From: Verrucomicrobiia bacterium
GTDB lineage: Bacteria; Verrucomicrobiota; Verrucomicrobiia; Limisphaerales; UBA1319
Assembly (NCBI GenBank): GCA_963664225.1
Contig: OY760937.1
Location: 1,664,001-1,728,000, forward strand
Direction: 5' to 3'
Length of the DNA stretch: 64,000 bases
Shown here piece after piece: positions 47,459 through 58,207 of this stretch. The translations under genes were made by a program, and so were the position numbers. How positions within the stretch are numbered: position 1 is the first letter of the stretch; each line of letters begins with the position of its first letter. The notes below the pieces were generated by a model. It had not been told where the DNA came from, searched no databases, and saw only the letters and a program-made list of their open reading frames with translations.

Positions 47459-50080
47459 ATGTGGACACATTTCTTTTTAACGGCGATGATCCTCGAGCTG
47501 GGTTTCAACGCGATTGCTGCGCCCATCAACACCACGCTGGTGCTGCCATCGAATTTGCCAGTTCAGGGCTTCGCCACGACGAATGCTTTCCCTGGGCTCA
47601 CCTTCAATTCGCCGTTGGCCCTGGTGACACCGCCGGGCGAAACGAACCGGCTTTTTGTGGTGGATCAGGATGGACGCATTGTCGTAATTACGAATCTCGC
47701 GCAACCCAGCAGCACGGTGTTTTTGGACATTGCAGCGCGCATCCGGTCCGGCGGCGAGGAGGGTCTGCTCGGTCTGGCGTTCGATCCGAACTACGCCTCC
47801 AACGGCTACTTTTATATCTTTTACACCGCCATCGCCACAACCAGCGCGGGCACCGGACTCCATGAACGGTTGTCGCGATTCCAGGTGTCGCCGGACGATC
47901 CCAACCGTGCGTTGCCGGACTCCGAGGTTCCGCTGATTCTTCAGTACGATGAGGCCTCTAATCACAACGGAGGACAAATCGCCTTTGGACCGGACGGTTA
48001 TCTCTATGTGGGGCTTGGTGATGAGGGTGGAGGGAATGATTCGTATCAAAACAGTCAGCGCATCGATAAGGATTTCTTCTCGGGAATCCTGCGCATCGAT
48101 GTCCATTCCCAACCTGGCAATGTTGCGCCCAACTCGCATCCCTCCGTGGCGGGGAATTATTTGGTGCCTGCGGATAATCCATTTGTTGGTGCAACGGAAT
48201 TCAATGGCCTGCCGGTCGATCCAACGAAGGTGCGCACGGAGTTCTGGGCGGTGGGTTTGCGCAATCCGTGGCGGTTCTCCTTCGATCCTCTGACCGGAAC
48301 TCTTTATTGCGCGGATGTAGGCCAGGATGCCCGTGAGGAGGTGGACATTATCGTTCGCGGTGGTAATTACGGCTGGAACTACATCGAGGGAAATATCCCG
48401 GGGCCGCGCAAAGCACCTGCGGGATTTCAATCCATCGCGCCGATTTTGGATTACGCGCACGGCACCGCCACCAACCAGGGCAAATCGATCACGGGCGGCG
48501 TGGTGTACCGGGGGCAGCGCATGACCTCGCTGACCGGGGCATACGTGTTTGGAGATTATGTCAGCGGCAATATCTGGTCCGTTCGCTATGACGGGACCAA
48601 GACAACGCCCATGGAGTGGCTGACGCGCGATTCGAGTATTTCAGCTTTTGGAATTGATCCGCGCAACGGTGATGTTCTCTTCTGCAACCTCTCCTCAGGC
48701 ATGATCAAGCGCCTGACGTATGCCTCGGATACCACCGGCACTCAGTTGCCTCCCAGTCTTGCGGATACGGGCGCGTTCGTCGATCTGCAGACATTGCAAC
48801 CCGCCCAAAATATAACGCCCTACGACATCAATGTTCCTTTCTGGTCGGACAATGCGCGCAAACAGCGCTGGTTTGCCCTGACCAGGACGGGCTCCGCTGT
48901 TTCATTCAGCCGAACCAACCATTACGGATTTCCAGAGGGCGCGATCTGGGTCAAACACTTTGACCTGGAACTCACGAATGGCGTGGCTTCGTCGTCGCGA
49001 CGATTGGAGACGCGTTTCATTGTGCGTAATGCAAGCGGGGTGTACGGAGTGACCTACCGTTGGGATAATTCGCAAACCAACGCCTACCTGGTGGCTGACG
49101 CGGGATTTGACGAGACGTTCACCGTATGGGATCAGGGTGTGGCACGATTCCAGACCTGGCATTATCCCGGACGCGCGGAATGTCTGGCCTGTCACACCGC
49201 CGCAGGAGGGTATGCGCTTGGCTTCAATACCGCTCAGTTGAACAAGACTGTTCAGCGTTCCGGGGCGACTGTCGATCAAGTCGGGGCCTTGAGCGACGCA
49301 GGCTATTTCGATGTTCCCGTGAATGATCGTGCAACATTGCCTGCTCTGGCGGCGGCCAACGACACCACGACCAGCCTGGAGTATCGCGTACGTTCCTACC
49401 TGGAAGCCAATTGCGCCCAATGCCACCAACCGGGCAGCGCGGGTGTGGGGTATTTTGACGCGCGCACGATCACATCGACGGCGGCCGCGGGCTTGATCGA
49501 TGGGCATCTCAACGATGCCAAAGGCGATCCCAACAACCACGTGATCAGCCCTGGGCATCCGGAATTTTCGATACTTCTGACGCGTATTTCTCATAATGGT
49601 CCGGGACGGATGCCACCGCTCGCGACGACGGTTCTCGACACCCAAGCCATTGCATTGGTCAGCGCATGGATCACCAATGACCTGCCATCGTACCTGAGCC
49701 TCGAGGCCTGGCAGTTGAAGTATTTTGGATCGACAAATGCGCCCAACGCCGGGCCAGACGCCGATCCCGATCAGGATGGCTTTGGTAATATGTGGGAGTA
49801 TCTGGCCGGGGGAAATCCCATGCAGGCCGATCGTCCCTGGCACTTTGAAGTGTCCGTTCAACCGGCTACATCTGTGGCGACGTTGACGTTCCCGTGGCTG
49901 GCCAACCGGAATTTTGTTGTGCAGACCGCGGACGCATTGGAGTCTCCAATTCAATGGCGGAATTTGGATGTTCCTTCAAATCGTCCCCATTACCCCGCGC
50001 AAACTTCCACCGCAACGGTTGAGGACGCCTTTGCTCCGGGCACCAATAAATTCTATCGCGTGATCATGAACGCGCCGTGA
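47459..50080 (+). CDS. PQQ-dependent sugar dehydrogenase-like propeller fused to a di-heme c domain
   Basis: EEGLLGLAF.P, NHNGG.I.FGPDG, GLRNPWR, CLACH, CAQCH; C-terminal KFYRV domain. Confidence 0.88.
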   Translation: MWTHFFLTAMILELGFNAIAAPINTTLVLPSNLPVQGFATTNAFPGLTFNSPLALVTPPGETNRLFVVDQDGRIVVITNLAQPSSTVFLDIAARIRSGGEEGLLGLAFDPNYASNGYFYIFYTAIATTSAGTGLHERLSRFQVSPDDPNRALPDSEVPLILQYDEASNHNGGQIAFGPDGYLYVGLGDEGGGNDSYQNSQRIDKDFFSGILRIDVHSQPGNVAPNSHPSVAGNYLVPADNPFVGATEFNGLPVDPTKVRTEFWAVGLRNPWRFSFDPLTGTLYCADVGQDAREEVDIIVRGGNYGWNYIEGNIPGPRKAPAGFQSIAPILDYAHGTATNQGKSITGGVVYRGQRMTSLTGAYVFGDYVSGNIWSVRYDGTKTTPMEWLTRDSSISAFGIDPRNGDVLFCNLSSGMIKRLTYASDTTGTQLPPSLADTGAFVDLQTLQPAQNITPYDINVPFWSDNARKQRWFALTRTGSAVSFSRTNHYGFPEGAIWVKHFDLELTNGVASSSRRLETRFIVRNASGVYGVTYRWDNSQTNAYLVADAGFDETFTVWDQGVARFQTWHYPGRAECLACHTAAGGYALGFNTAQLNKTVQRSGATVDQVGALSDAGYFDVPVNDRATLPALAAANDTTTSLEYRVRSYLEANCAQCHQPGSAGVGYFDARTITSTAAAGLIDGHLNDAKGDPNNHVISPGHPEFSILLTRISHNGPGRMPPLATTVLDTQAIALVSAWITNDLPSYLSLEAWQLKYFGSTNAPNAGPDADPDQDGFGNMWEYLAGGNPMQADRPWHFEVSVQPATSVATLTFPWLANRNFVVQTADALESPIQWRNLDVPSNRPHYPAQTSTATVEDAFAPGTNKFYRVIMNAP

Positions 50081-50088
50081 CACGCTCT

Positions 50089-53000
50089 TTAAGCGCGGAT
50101 CATCGCCTTGATGGAGGCGATTTTCTGATCGAGCTTTTGCGTGGAGACCGGTTCGGCGGTGCCCAATTCCTGGGCGAAGCACGAGACCTTGAATTCCTCG
50201 GTCATCCAATACAACTCGCTCAATGGCCCGCGGGCCGCGGGTGGTATCGAGGGGGAACGCAAAAAGGCCCGCAGGTTTTCGACGTAGGGACGCATGCGCG
50301 CGGCCTTTTCCAGATCCTTGGAGGAATTCACCGACGCCCGCTGTCCACGGATGATCATGGCCTTGAGATAACGCGGCACATGGGCGAGGCGGCCGAACGG
50401 AATGAATCGTGGAAATTGCTGTGGCAGCAGGCTGTCGAGGTCCTGGCGCATGTCGGGATAGGTCGTGCGGCAGATCAAGACCTCATGGCGCAACTTGAGT
50501 ATCTCGCCAATCAAGGTGGAGAATCGGGTCACCAAACCTGGAATCTGGCTGCGGATGTTTTCCAGCAACGCGGCAAAGGCCGCCGCCGTTCTGGGCGCGG
50601 GCGGTGACACGCGGAGCAGATGGTTCTTAAGATTCACCAGCGCGGCCTCTTCCAGGTCGTCCAGTGTTCCCATGGTGACCAGATAAGGCTTCCACTGCTT
50701 CAAAACGCGCAGGTCTTTTTCAATCCAGGCCAACTCGCGAAGCAATTGGCGTTCAGCCAGACGAATGACACCGGCCAGGTGACTGGCCTCAGCCTCAGCG
50801 GGCTTTTGAAAGAGCCTCAGGCATATATCGTCGCCTTCAATTTGAAGACCCGGATGCGCATGGAGCGGAAACCCGGCGATGTCGGCCACCACGATGTCTT
50901 CGGGCAGGTCGCTGAAGCTCCAATCCGAAAGCCCGTAGCGTTCCCATTGCTCCACGGCCTTGCGCCATGCGGCGGTCTCGGCAGTGGTGTCGTGCGATTC
51001 CAATTGGACCCGCAACGCGGTCAGGTCGCGCCCTGAAGCCAGCGTCTTTTCGTCCTTGTCCACGATCTCGAACCGGGGACGCAGGTGCGGCGGAAGCAGG
51101 TCGATGTTCCACGATTGAGCAGGCACGATGACGCCATACCGATCCCGGATGAACGCGATGAGCGCCGGGAGGAAGGTCTTTCCCTCCGGAACAACAGCCT
51201 GGGCCATTTCCTTTGCCTTGGGAGGCAGCGGCATCAGAGTGCGACGCAAATCTTTCGGCAGAGCCTGCAGCAGGTGCAGGATTTGGGGCTCCCGCAAACC
51301 AGGCACCACCCAATCCAACAGGCCCGGATCGATCACCTGAGCCAGCGGCGCAGGCAGGCGCACCGTGACTCCATCGCTTTCCTTGCCGGGCGCGTAGGCA
51401 TAGGCCAATGGCACACTTCGTTCGCCCACGTCCAGGGTGTCTGGAAATTCGCCCGACTCGAAAGCCGCTGCCTTGTCCCCCAGCAAATCCGCGGGCATCA
51501 TGCGCAGGAATTGCGGATCGCCGGTGATGCGCTCGCGCATGACGCGGTTCAAATCCGCCACGGAGGAAACATTTTCAATCCGCTGGACGTAGTATTGGAA
51601 AAACAGTTCCTCGAGATCGGCCGCCACGCGCTGGGAAAGGCGGGTCTGCCAGATCTCGATTTTCTGCCGCAACTGGTGGTTGTGCTCCAGAAAACGCAAC
51701 TGGCCCGCAAGTCGTGAAAAATCGTGTGTCCCCTCAGCCTCGAACTCCGCCTGCTCGCCGGCAGCCGCATGGGCAATGGGCGCACGAACGCTGCGTCCGG
51801 CGCGTGGCTTGAAGTGATCGAGCAGGCCGTTCTCAACCAGTGCCGAACGGGCGAATATTGCAGTGGCTTCGGCCGGATTTTCCTGCCCATACGGGATGGA
51901 GCGTTCGAGCACTTCGAGACCGTTAAGCGTCAGGCGCTCCGTGGCCAGCACGCGACCGGAGAGCCCGTCCCAGCGTGGATCGCGCACGGTGCGCCGGGTG
52001 ACATGCCCGCCCAGATCGACAATCCACTGGGGATTGATCTCCGCCACGGTTCGGACGAACAGCCGCGAGGTTTCCAGAATTTCACCAGATACGATCCATT
52101 TGGGTTGCGCAGTCTTGTCGCCGGATTGCTTATCTGGAGCTTCTTTCCCGCGTTTCGAATGCGAGGTCTCGTTGCGGTTGAATATTCCCGAGCCGGGAAA
52201 CACCATCGCAATCCGGTTGCCAGCCAGTGTGTAGAAATTGCGTTCCTTCTTCGCCGCCACATGACCCCACAGCCCGGTCAGGATCGAACGGTGTATGGCA
52301 TCGAATGTGGCCGGAGTCTTGCTCACGGCGGTATCGCTGATATCGGCCAGGGCGTCGCGTAATTGAAAATGGATATCGCGCCATTCCCGCATGCGGGGAT
52401 AGGAGAGGAAGTGGGTTTTGCAGAACCGGCGCAACTGGCTCTGGGTCTTGAGCGAGTCCATGGAATCGTGATAGGCGTTCCAGATGTTCAGCAGGCTCAG
52501 GAAATCCGAACGGGGATCCAGGAATTTCTTTTGCGCGGCATTGGCGGCGTCCTGCTTGTCGAGCGGACGTTCCCGCGGATCCTGAATGCTCAGGCCGGCG
52601 GCGATGATCAACACTTCCGGCAGCGCCCCTTCGTGCCGCGCCTGGAGGATCATGCGGCCGATGGTGGGATCCACCGGCAGATGCGCCAGTTCACGGCCCA
52701 GCTCCGTCAGTTCCTTGCGCTCATCCAGCGCCGCAAGTTCCTGCAGCAGCAGATAACCGCTCTGGATGGCCGCGGGCGCAGGAGGATTGATGAAGGGAAA
52801 GGTCTCGATTTCACCCATGTGAAACGCCTTCATGCGCAGGATGACTTCCGCAAGGTTCGCACGCTGAATCTCAGGCTGGGTGTAGGGCGGACGCCCCTGA
52901 AAATCCTCTTCCGCATAAAGCCGGATGCACACGCCCTGCGCTACACGACCGCAACGGCCCTTGCGCTGGTTGGCGCTGCTCTGGGAAACCGGTTCCACGG

Positions 53001-54153
53001 GCAGGCGCTTGGTGCGCGTGCGCGGATTGTAACGGCTGATGCGCGCCAGGCCCGTATCCACAACGAACCGGATGCCGGGAACCGTCAGGGAAGTTTCGGC
53101 GATGTTTGTGGCGACCACAATCTTGCGCCGTCGTGAGGGGGAAAAGACCCGTTGCTGGTCTTCAATCGACAGGCGGCCAAACAGCGGCACCAGTTCGGCG
53201 GAACCGCCCAGACTGTTCTTCAAGCAATCGCAGGTTTCGAGAATGTCGCGTTCGGTCGGCATGAACACCAGCACATCGCCTTCGCCGGGCTCGGTGGCCA
53301 GGTCCTCGACAGCCCGGATGGCGGCATCCACGTAATCGCTATCCTCCAATTCCTCGCCGGTTTCTGACGGCGGCGCGTGAATGACATCCACGGGATACAT
53401 GCGTCCGGAGACTTCAATGATGGGCGCGTTGTCGAACGCCTTCGAAAACGAATCGGTGTCGATGGTGGCCGAGGTGATGATCACCTTCAGATCGTCACGC
53501 TGCTTCATCAGGTTGCGCAACAGGCCAAGCAGGAAATCGATGTTCAGGGAGCGTTCGTGAGCTTCATCGATGATGATCACCTCGTAATCGCTCAGAAACG
53601 GATCGGCCTGCGCCTCGGCCAGGAGGATGCCGTCGGTCATGAACTTGATGTAAGTCTCGGGCCCGGTCTGGTCCGAGAACCGGAATTTGCAGCCGACCTC
53701 GCGGCCCAGTTCCAGGTCCAGCTCCTCGGTGAGCCGCCGGGCCAGGGAGAGCGCGGCCACACGCCGGGGCTGGGTGCAACCGATCATGGCGCGCACGCCG
53801 TAACCAGCCTCAATGCACATCTTGGGTAATTGCGTGGTCTTGCCTGAACCGGTTTCTCCGGCGATCACCAGAACAGGATGTTTGCGAAGCGCCTCCACGA
53901 TTTCCTGGCGTCGCGCGGTAATCGGCAACGCCGGAGGGTAGCTCAGCGAGGGAAGGTTTTTCTGGCGCTCATGACGCAGGGCCTCCGAATTCCGGGCCGC
54001 GCCAAGCCAGCGCTCCAGTGGCGCACGCACGGTGACACCGCGGCGACGCCCATCGAGCCACCGGGCCAATGGCACGCCAATCCGCAACTGGTCCCTGAGC
54101 AGGCCCAGCGGCAGCAGACGCTTCAGCTCGCCAATCATGGCGGCTTCATCCAT
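50089..54153 (-). CDS. hrpA: ATP-dependent RNA helicase HrpA
   Basis: GETGSGKTTQLPK, DEAH, SAT, TNIAETSLT, QRKGRCGR; C-terminal EEFKVS.FAQELGT. Confidence 0.95.
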   Translation of the reverse strand: MDEAAMIGELKRLLPLGLLRDQLRIGVPLARWLDGRRRGVTVRAPLERWLGAARNSEALRHERQKNLPSLSYPPALPITARRQEIVEALRKHPVLVIAGETGSGKTTQLPKMCIEAGYGVRAMIGCTQPRRVAALSLARRLTEELDLELGREVGCKFRFSDQTGPETYIKFMTDGILLAEAQADPFLSDYEVIIIDEAHERSLNIDFLLGLLRNLMKQRDDLKVIITSATIDTDSFSKAFDNAPIIEVSGRMYPVDVIHAPPSETGEELEDSDYVDAAIRAVEDLATEPGEGDVLVFMPTERDILETCDCLKNSLGGSAELVPLFGRLSIEDQQRVFSPSRRRKIVVATNIAETSLTVPGIRFVVDTGLARISRYNPRTRTKRLPVEPVSQSSANQRKGRCGRVAQGVCIRLYAEEDFQGRPPYTQPEIQRANLAEVILRMKAFHMGEIETFPFINPPAPAAIQSGYLLLQELAALDERKELTELGRELAHLPVDPTIGRMILQARHEGALPEVLIIAAGLSIQDPRERPLDKQDAANAAQKKFLDPRSDFLSLLNIWNAYHDSMDSLKTQSQLRRFCKTHFLSYPRMREWRDIHFQLRDALADISDTAVSKTPATFDAIHRSILTGLWGHVAAKKERNFYTLAGNRIAMVFPGSGIFNRNETSHSKRGKEAPDKQSGDKTAQPKWIVSGEILETSRLFVRTVAEINPQWIVDLGGHVTRRTVRDPRWDGLSGRVLATERLTLNGLEVLERSIPYGQENPAEATAIFARSALVENGLLDHFKPRAGRSVRAPIAHAAAGEQAEFEAEGTHDFSRLAGQLRFLEHNHQLRQKIEIWQTRLSQRVAADLEELFFQYYVQRIENVSSVADLNRVMRERITGDPQFLRMMPADLLGDKAAAFESGEFPDTLDVGERSVPLAYAYAPGKESDGVTVRLPAPLAQVIDPGLLDWVVPGLREPQILHLLQALPKDLRRTLMPLPPKAKEMAQAVVPEGKTFLPALIAFIRDRYGVIVPAQSWNIDLLPPHLRPRFEIVDKDEKTLASGRDLTALRVQLESHDTTAETAAWRKAVEQWERYGLSDWSFSDLPEDIVVADIAGFPLHAHPGLQIEGDDICLRLFQKPAEAEASHLAGVIRLAERQLLRELAWIEKDLRVLKQWKPYLVTMGTLDDLEEAALVNLKNHLLRVSPPAPRTAAAFAALLENIRSQIPGLVTRFSTLIGEILKLRHEVLICRTTYPDMRQDLDSLLPQQFPRFIPFGRLAHVPRYLKAMIIRGQRASVNSSKDLEKAARMRPYVENLRAFLRSPSIPPAARGPLSELYWMTEEFKVSCFAQELGTAEPVSTQKLDQKIASIKAMIRA

Positions 54154-54322
54154 TCCCGACGTATTTGTCAAACGCGCGCCAGCCTAGCACGTCCATGCGA
54201 ATCGCAACAAACGCTATTTTATCGAAAGCTGTAATTGAAAAGGTGCGCCGCTTTGAAAAAAAAGAAATCGCGGCCTGTGCGAAGCGAAAAGAATTTTACC
54301 TCCAGGGATGCGTCCCTCCTGC

Positions 54323-54357
54323 AAAAAAACGGCGCGAACTTTTAAGGGTCCGCGCCG
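54323..54357 (-). terminator. Rho-independent terminator after glnA
   Basis: Minus strand CGGCGCGGAC-loop-GTTCGCGCCG followed by T7. Confidence 0.75.
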
Positions 54358-54429
54358 CTGGAGTGCAGCAGTTCAAGGCGCCGTCTCTTCCCGACGCCTT
54401 TGTCTGACCTAACCATTAACCACTAACCA

Positions 54430-55842
54430 CTAAGCATCGTAATACATGAAGAATTCGTAGGGATGCGGACGCAGGCGCAGTGCGTCATGCTCCTTGCGCT
54501 TGGTGGCGGTCCACATTTCGAGGAAGTCCTTCGAGAACACGTCGCCCTTGAGCAGGAATTCGTGATCCTTCTCCAGACATTCGAGGGCTTCGCCCAGGCT
54601 GCCGGGAACGTTGGGAACCTTCTTGAGTTCCTCGGGGGGCAGCTCATAGATGTTCTTATCCAGGGGTTCGCCCGGATCAATTTTGTTAAGGACGCCATCC
54701 AGACCGGCCAGCAGCAGCGCGGCATTGGCCAGATAAATGTTCGCGGAGGGATCCGGCGGGCGGTATTCGATGCGCTTGGCCTTGGGATTCTCGCTGTAGG
54801 TCGGGATGCGCACCGCGGCGCTACGATTGCGGGAGCTGTAGGCCAGGTTCACGGGGGCCTCGTAGCCTGGGACCAAACGCTTGTAGCTGTTGGTGGTGGG
54901 GCTGCAGATGGCGCACAGGGCGCGCGCATGCTTGAGGATGCCGCCGATGTAGTGGATGGCCATCTGGCTCAGGCCGGCATACTCGCTGCCGGTGAACAGG
55001 GGCTTGCCCTTTTTCCAGAGGGACATGTGGACGTGCATTCCCGAGCCGTTATCGCCAAACAGGGGCTTGGGCATAAATGTGGCCGTCTTGCCGTGTCTGG
55101 CGGCGACATTTCGCACCACATACTTATAGACCATCAAGTTGTCGGCGGTCTTGACCAGGGTGTTAAACCGCATGTCGATCTCCGCCTGGCCCGCGGTGGC
55201 CACTTCGTGGTGATGACGCTCGATCTTGACGCCCAATTGCTCCATGAGCATGCACATCTCGGTGCGGATGTCCTGCTGTGTATCGGCAGGCCCGACGGGG
55301 AAGTAACCCTCTTTGTAGCGGATCTTGTAGCCCTGGTTGGGCATTTCATCGCGGCCCGAATTCCAGATGCCTTCGCCCGAATCCACGCTGTAGAAGGTGC
55401 CGTTGGTCTTGGAATCGTACTGGACGTTGTCGAAGATGAAGAACTCGGCCTCAGGACCGAAGTAGGCCGTGTCGGCCAGGCCCGTGCTGATGAGGTATTT
55501 CTCCGCCTTCTGGGCCATGCCGCGCGGATCCCGGGAGTAAGGCTCCAGGGTGCCGGTCTCGGCGATGGTACAGGTCAGGGAGAGGGTCGGAACCGCGCAG
55601 AATGGATCCATGAAGGCGGTGTCCGCATCGGGCATGGCCAGCATGTCCGAGGCTTCGATGGATTTCCATCCGCGAATCGACGATCCGTCGAATCCGAGAC
55701 CTTCGGTGAACGACTCTTCATTCAGTTCGTCGATTGGCATCGTGAAGTGCTGCCAGACTCCGAAGGTGTCCACAAACTTTATGTCCACCATCTTGGCCTC
55801 TTTTTTGCGGGCCAACTCAAGTACACTTTTTGCTGTGCTCAT
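54430..55842 (-). CDS. glnA: Glutamine synthetase type I
   Basis: [48 protein letters not shown] adenylylation loop. Confidence 0.98.
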   Translation of the reverse strand: MSTAKSVLELARKKEAKMVDIKFVDTFGVWQHFTMPIDELNEESFTEGLGFDGSSIRGWKSIEASDMLAMPDADTAFMDPFCAVPTLSLTCTIAETGTLEPYSRDPRGMAQKAEKYLISTGLADTAYFGPEAEFFIFDNVQYDSKTNGTFYSVDSGEGIWNSGRDEMPNQGYKIRYKEGYFPVGPADTQQDIRTEMCMLMEQLGVKIERHHHEVATAGQAEIDMRFNTLVKTADNLMVYKYVVRNVAARHGKTATFMPKPLFGDNGSGMHVHMSLWKKGKPLFTGSEYAGLSQMAIHYIGGILKHARALCAICSPTTNSYKRLVPGYEAPVNLAYSSRNRSAAVRIPTYSENPKAKRIEYRPPDPSANIYLANAALLLAGLDGVLNKIDPGEPLDKNIYELPPEELKKVPNVPGSLGEALECLEKDHEFLLKGDVFSKDFLEMWTATKRKEHDALRLRPHPYEFFMYYDA

Positions 55843-55973
55843 TTGTTTGTTATTTCTTTGGTTCTTAGAGTTGCGCCGCCGGGCGGTTCGGGTGTTTCCA
55901 CCCTGACCTGGCCCGGCGGCGCTGAATTTTATTTAATCGATTGTTGTTGAGTGTTTTTGTTCAGGTTCAAAGG

Positions 55974-57521
55974 TCAGCTATGGTAACCTTCCTCACCGTG
56001 TTCGACCAGATCCAGACCGATGGTCTCCTCGTCTTCATCAGGCCGTAATCCAATGACCGCCTTGACGATGAACGCGATGACTGTGGTTCCCACAATCGCC
56101 AGCACCAGGGTGATGCCGATGGCCTTGACTTGCTCCAGCCACAAGGTCTTCCCGACGATGTCCTTGAGGTTGGTCAGGAGGTTGGCGTTGACATCAGCAG
56201 TCGCCAGCACACCCGTAAGGAACGCACCGAGTGTTCCGCCCACGGCGTGAACGCCGAAGGTGTCCAGCGCGTCGTCGTAACCGATCCAGCCCTTGAGCTT
56301 GAAGCAGGCGAAGAAGGGAATCAAACCAGCGGCGATGCCGATGATGATCGATCCTGTGGTATTCACGAAACCAGTGGCGGGCGTGATCACAACCAGACCG
56401 GCGACCGCGCCGGAGCAGAAGCCCAGCACGCTGGGTTTGCCCTTGATGATGTATTCCGCCATGGCCCATGTGAATGAGGCAACCGCAGTCGCCAGTGTGG
56501 TGGTCATGAACGCGTTGGCCGCGATACCATCAGCCGCCACGGCGCTGCCGGCGTTAAACCCGTACCAACCCACCCAGAGCATGCCAGTGCCGACCATGCA
56601 CAAAACCATGCTGTGCGGGGGCATCGGTTCCTTGGGGAAACCCAGGCGCTTGCCCAGGATGATGCACAGAATCAACGCCGACCAACCCGAGGACATATGC
56701 ACCACGGTGCCGCCCGCGAAGTCAATCGCCTTGATGGTGGCCTTGGCGTTCCACACGCCGTTCATCATGCCGTTGATACCCCACACCATGTGGGCCAGCG
56801 GGAAGTAAACCACGAACATCCACAGTGTGACGAACAGGAGGATGGCCGAGAATTTCATGCGTTCCGCAATCGCGCCAATGATCAGGGCCGGTGTGATGAT
56901 CGCGAACATCAATTGATACATCGAGAACACGTTGTGCGAGACCCAGTAGGAGTAATTGGTGTTGGGGTTCGAATCGACTCCGCTCAGGAACGCGAACTTG
57001 AGATTCCCCAGGATGCCGCCGATCATGTCGTCGCCATCGGCGAAGATCAGGCTGTAACCGCAGAGCCACCACAAGATGCTCACCAGGCCGGCGATGCCCA
57101 AACATTGGGCCAGCACGGAGAGAACATTCTTGCGGCGCACCAGGCCGCCGTAGAATAGTGCCAGACCAGGCAATGTCATGAACAGCACAAGAGCCGAGGA
57201 GGTCATCATCCAGCCGTTATGGCCCGGACCCGCGCCGCTGACCTTGCTGCTGACTTTGGCGTCCGCTGCGTCCGAACCCCGCGCGCCGTTATTCACATAC
57301 GCCTCAAGGTCGGCCAACCGTTGCTCCACATTGGGTTCGGCCTTGGCCGCTACCGCGTTGGTTGCTGCGGCGGCGGTTGTGGCCGCTACCGCATTTGTGA
57401 CCGCGCTAACTGCATCTGTGACCGCCGCTGCTGCGTTCGTGGCGGCGTCCTCAGACCGTCCCACTGTCAACGACAGTGCCAGAGCGGCGAGGACCCATAC
57501 CTTTAATATAATGTTCTTCAT
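55974..57521 (-). CDS. amtB: Ammonium transporter
   Basis: LVLFMT.PGLALFYGG, DFAGGTVVH, GWYGFN, DDALD.FGVH. ATG at 57521. Confidence 0.96.
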   Translation of the reverse strand: MKNIILKVWVLAALALSLTVGRSEDAATNAAAAVTDAVSAVTNAVAATTAAAATNAVAAKAEPNVEQRLADLEAYVNNGARGSDAADAKVSSKVSGAGPGHNGWMMTSSALVLFMTLPGLALFYGGLVRRKNVLSVLAQCLGIAGLVSILWWLCGYSLIFADGDDMIGGILGNLKFAFLSGVDSNPNTNYSYWVSHNVFSMYQLMFAIITPALIIGAIAERMKFSAILLFVTLWMFVVYFPLAHMVWGINGMMNGVWNAKATIKAIDFAGGTVVHMSSGWSALILCIILGKRLGFPKEPMPPHSMVLCMVGTGMLWVGWYGFNAGSAVAADGIAANAFMTTTLATAVASFTWAMAEYIIKGKPSVLGFCSGAVAGLVVITPATGFVNTTGSIIIGIAAGLIPFFACFKLKGWIGYDDALDTFGVHAVGGTLGAFLTGVLATADVNANLLTNLKDIVGKTLWLEQVKAIGITLVLAIVGTTVIAFIVKAVIGLRPDEDEETIGLDLVEHGEEGYHS

Positions 57522-57561
57522 ATAGTCCGATGTTTCGAATTGGTTTGTTGATCGTCCAACT

Positions 57562-57909
<348 letters not shown>

Positions 57910-58012
57910 TTATTGAGATTTTTGTTTGTCAGTTACCAGTTACCTATCCATCCGTTACCAAACCGTCTGTTTCTGTTGATCGCACCGCGCTTGTGCGTTC
58001 GCAGGGGGTCTA

Positions 58013-58028
58013 AGCAGCGGGCGTGCCA
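58013..58028 (-). promoter_or_regulatory. Sigma-54 (-24/-12) promoter of glnK-amtB-glnA
   Basis: Minus strand TGGCACGCCCGCTGCT (GG-N10-GC), ~113 nt upstream of glnK. Confidence 0.8.
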
Positions 58029-58207
58029 CCATGAAATATGAGCCAGAACTATTGTTGTATAATACTGTATTGGAATAGTTTACATAAGTATCTAAAAGCG
58101 CGCACCGCCGGTTGTGGCGTTTTGAACTGTTGCTTTTTGACCACCTTGTCGAATTAGGGCCAGACCAGCGGGATTGATTTCAGCTCCAGGCCTGCCCATA
58201 GTCGGCC

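Noticed and set aside
54463..55950. 495-aa ORF antisense to glnA
   Set aside because: Shadow ORF caused by high-GC codon bias; no recognisable motifs.
58095..58150. NtrC-type enhancer upstream of the sigma-54 promoter
   Set aside because: Only a weak GCAC half-site; no convincing TGCAC-N7-GTGCA palindrome.
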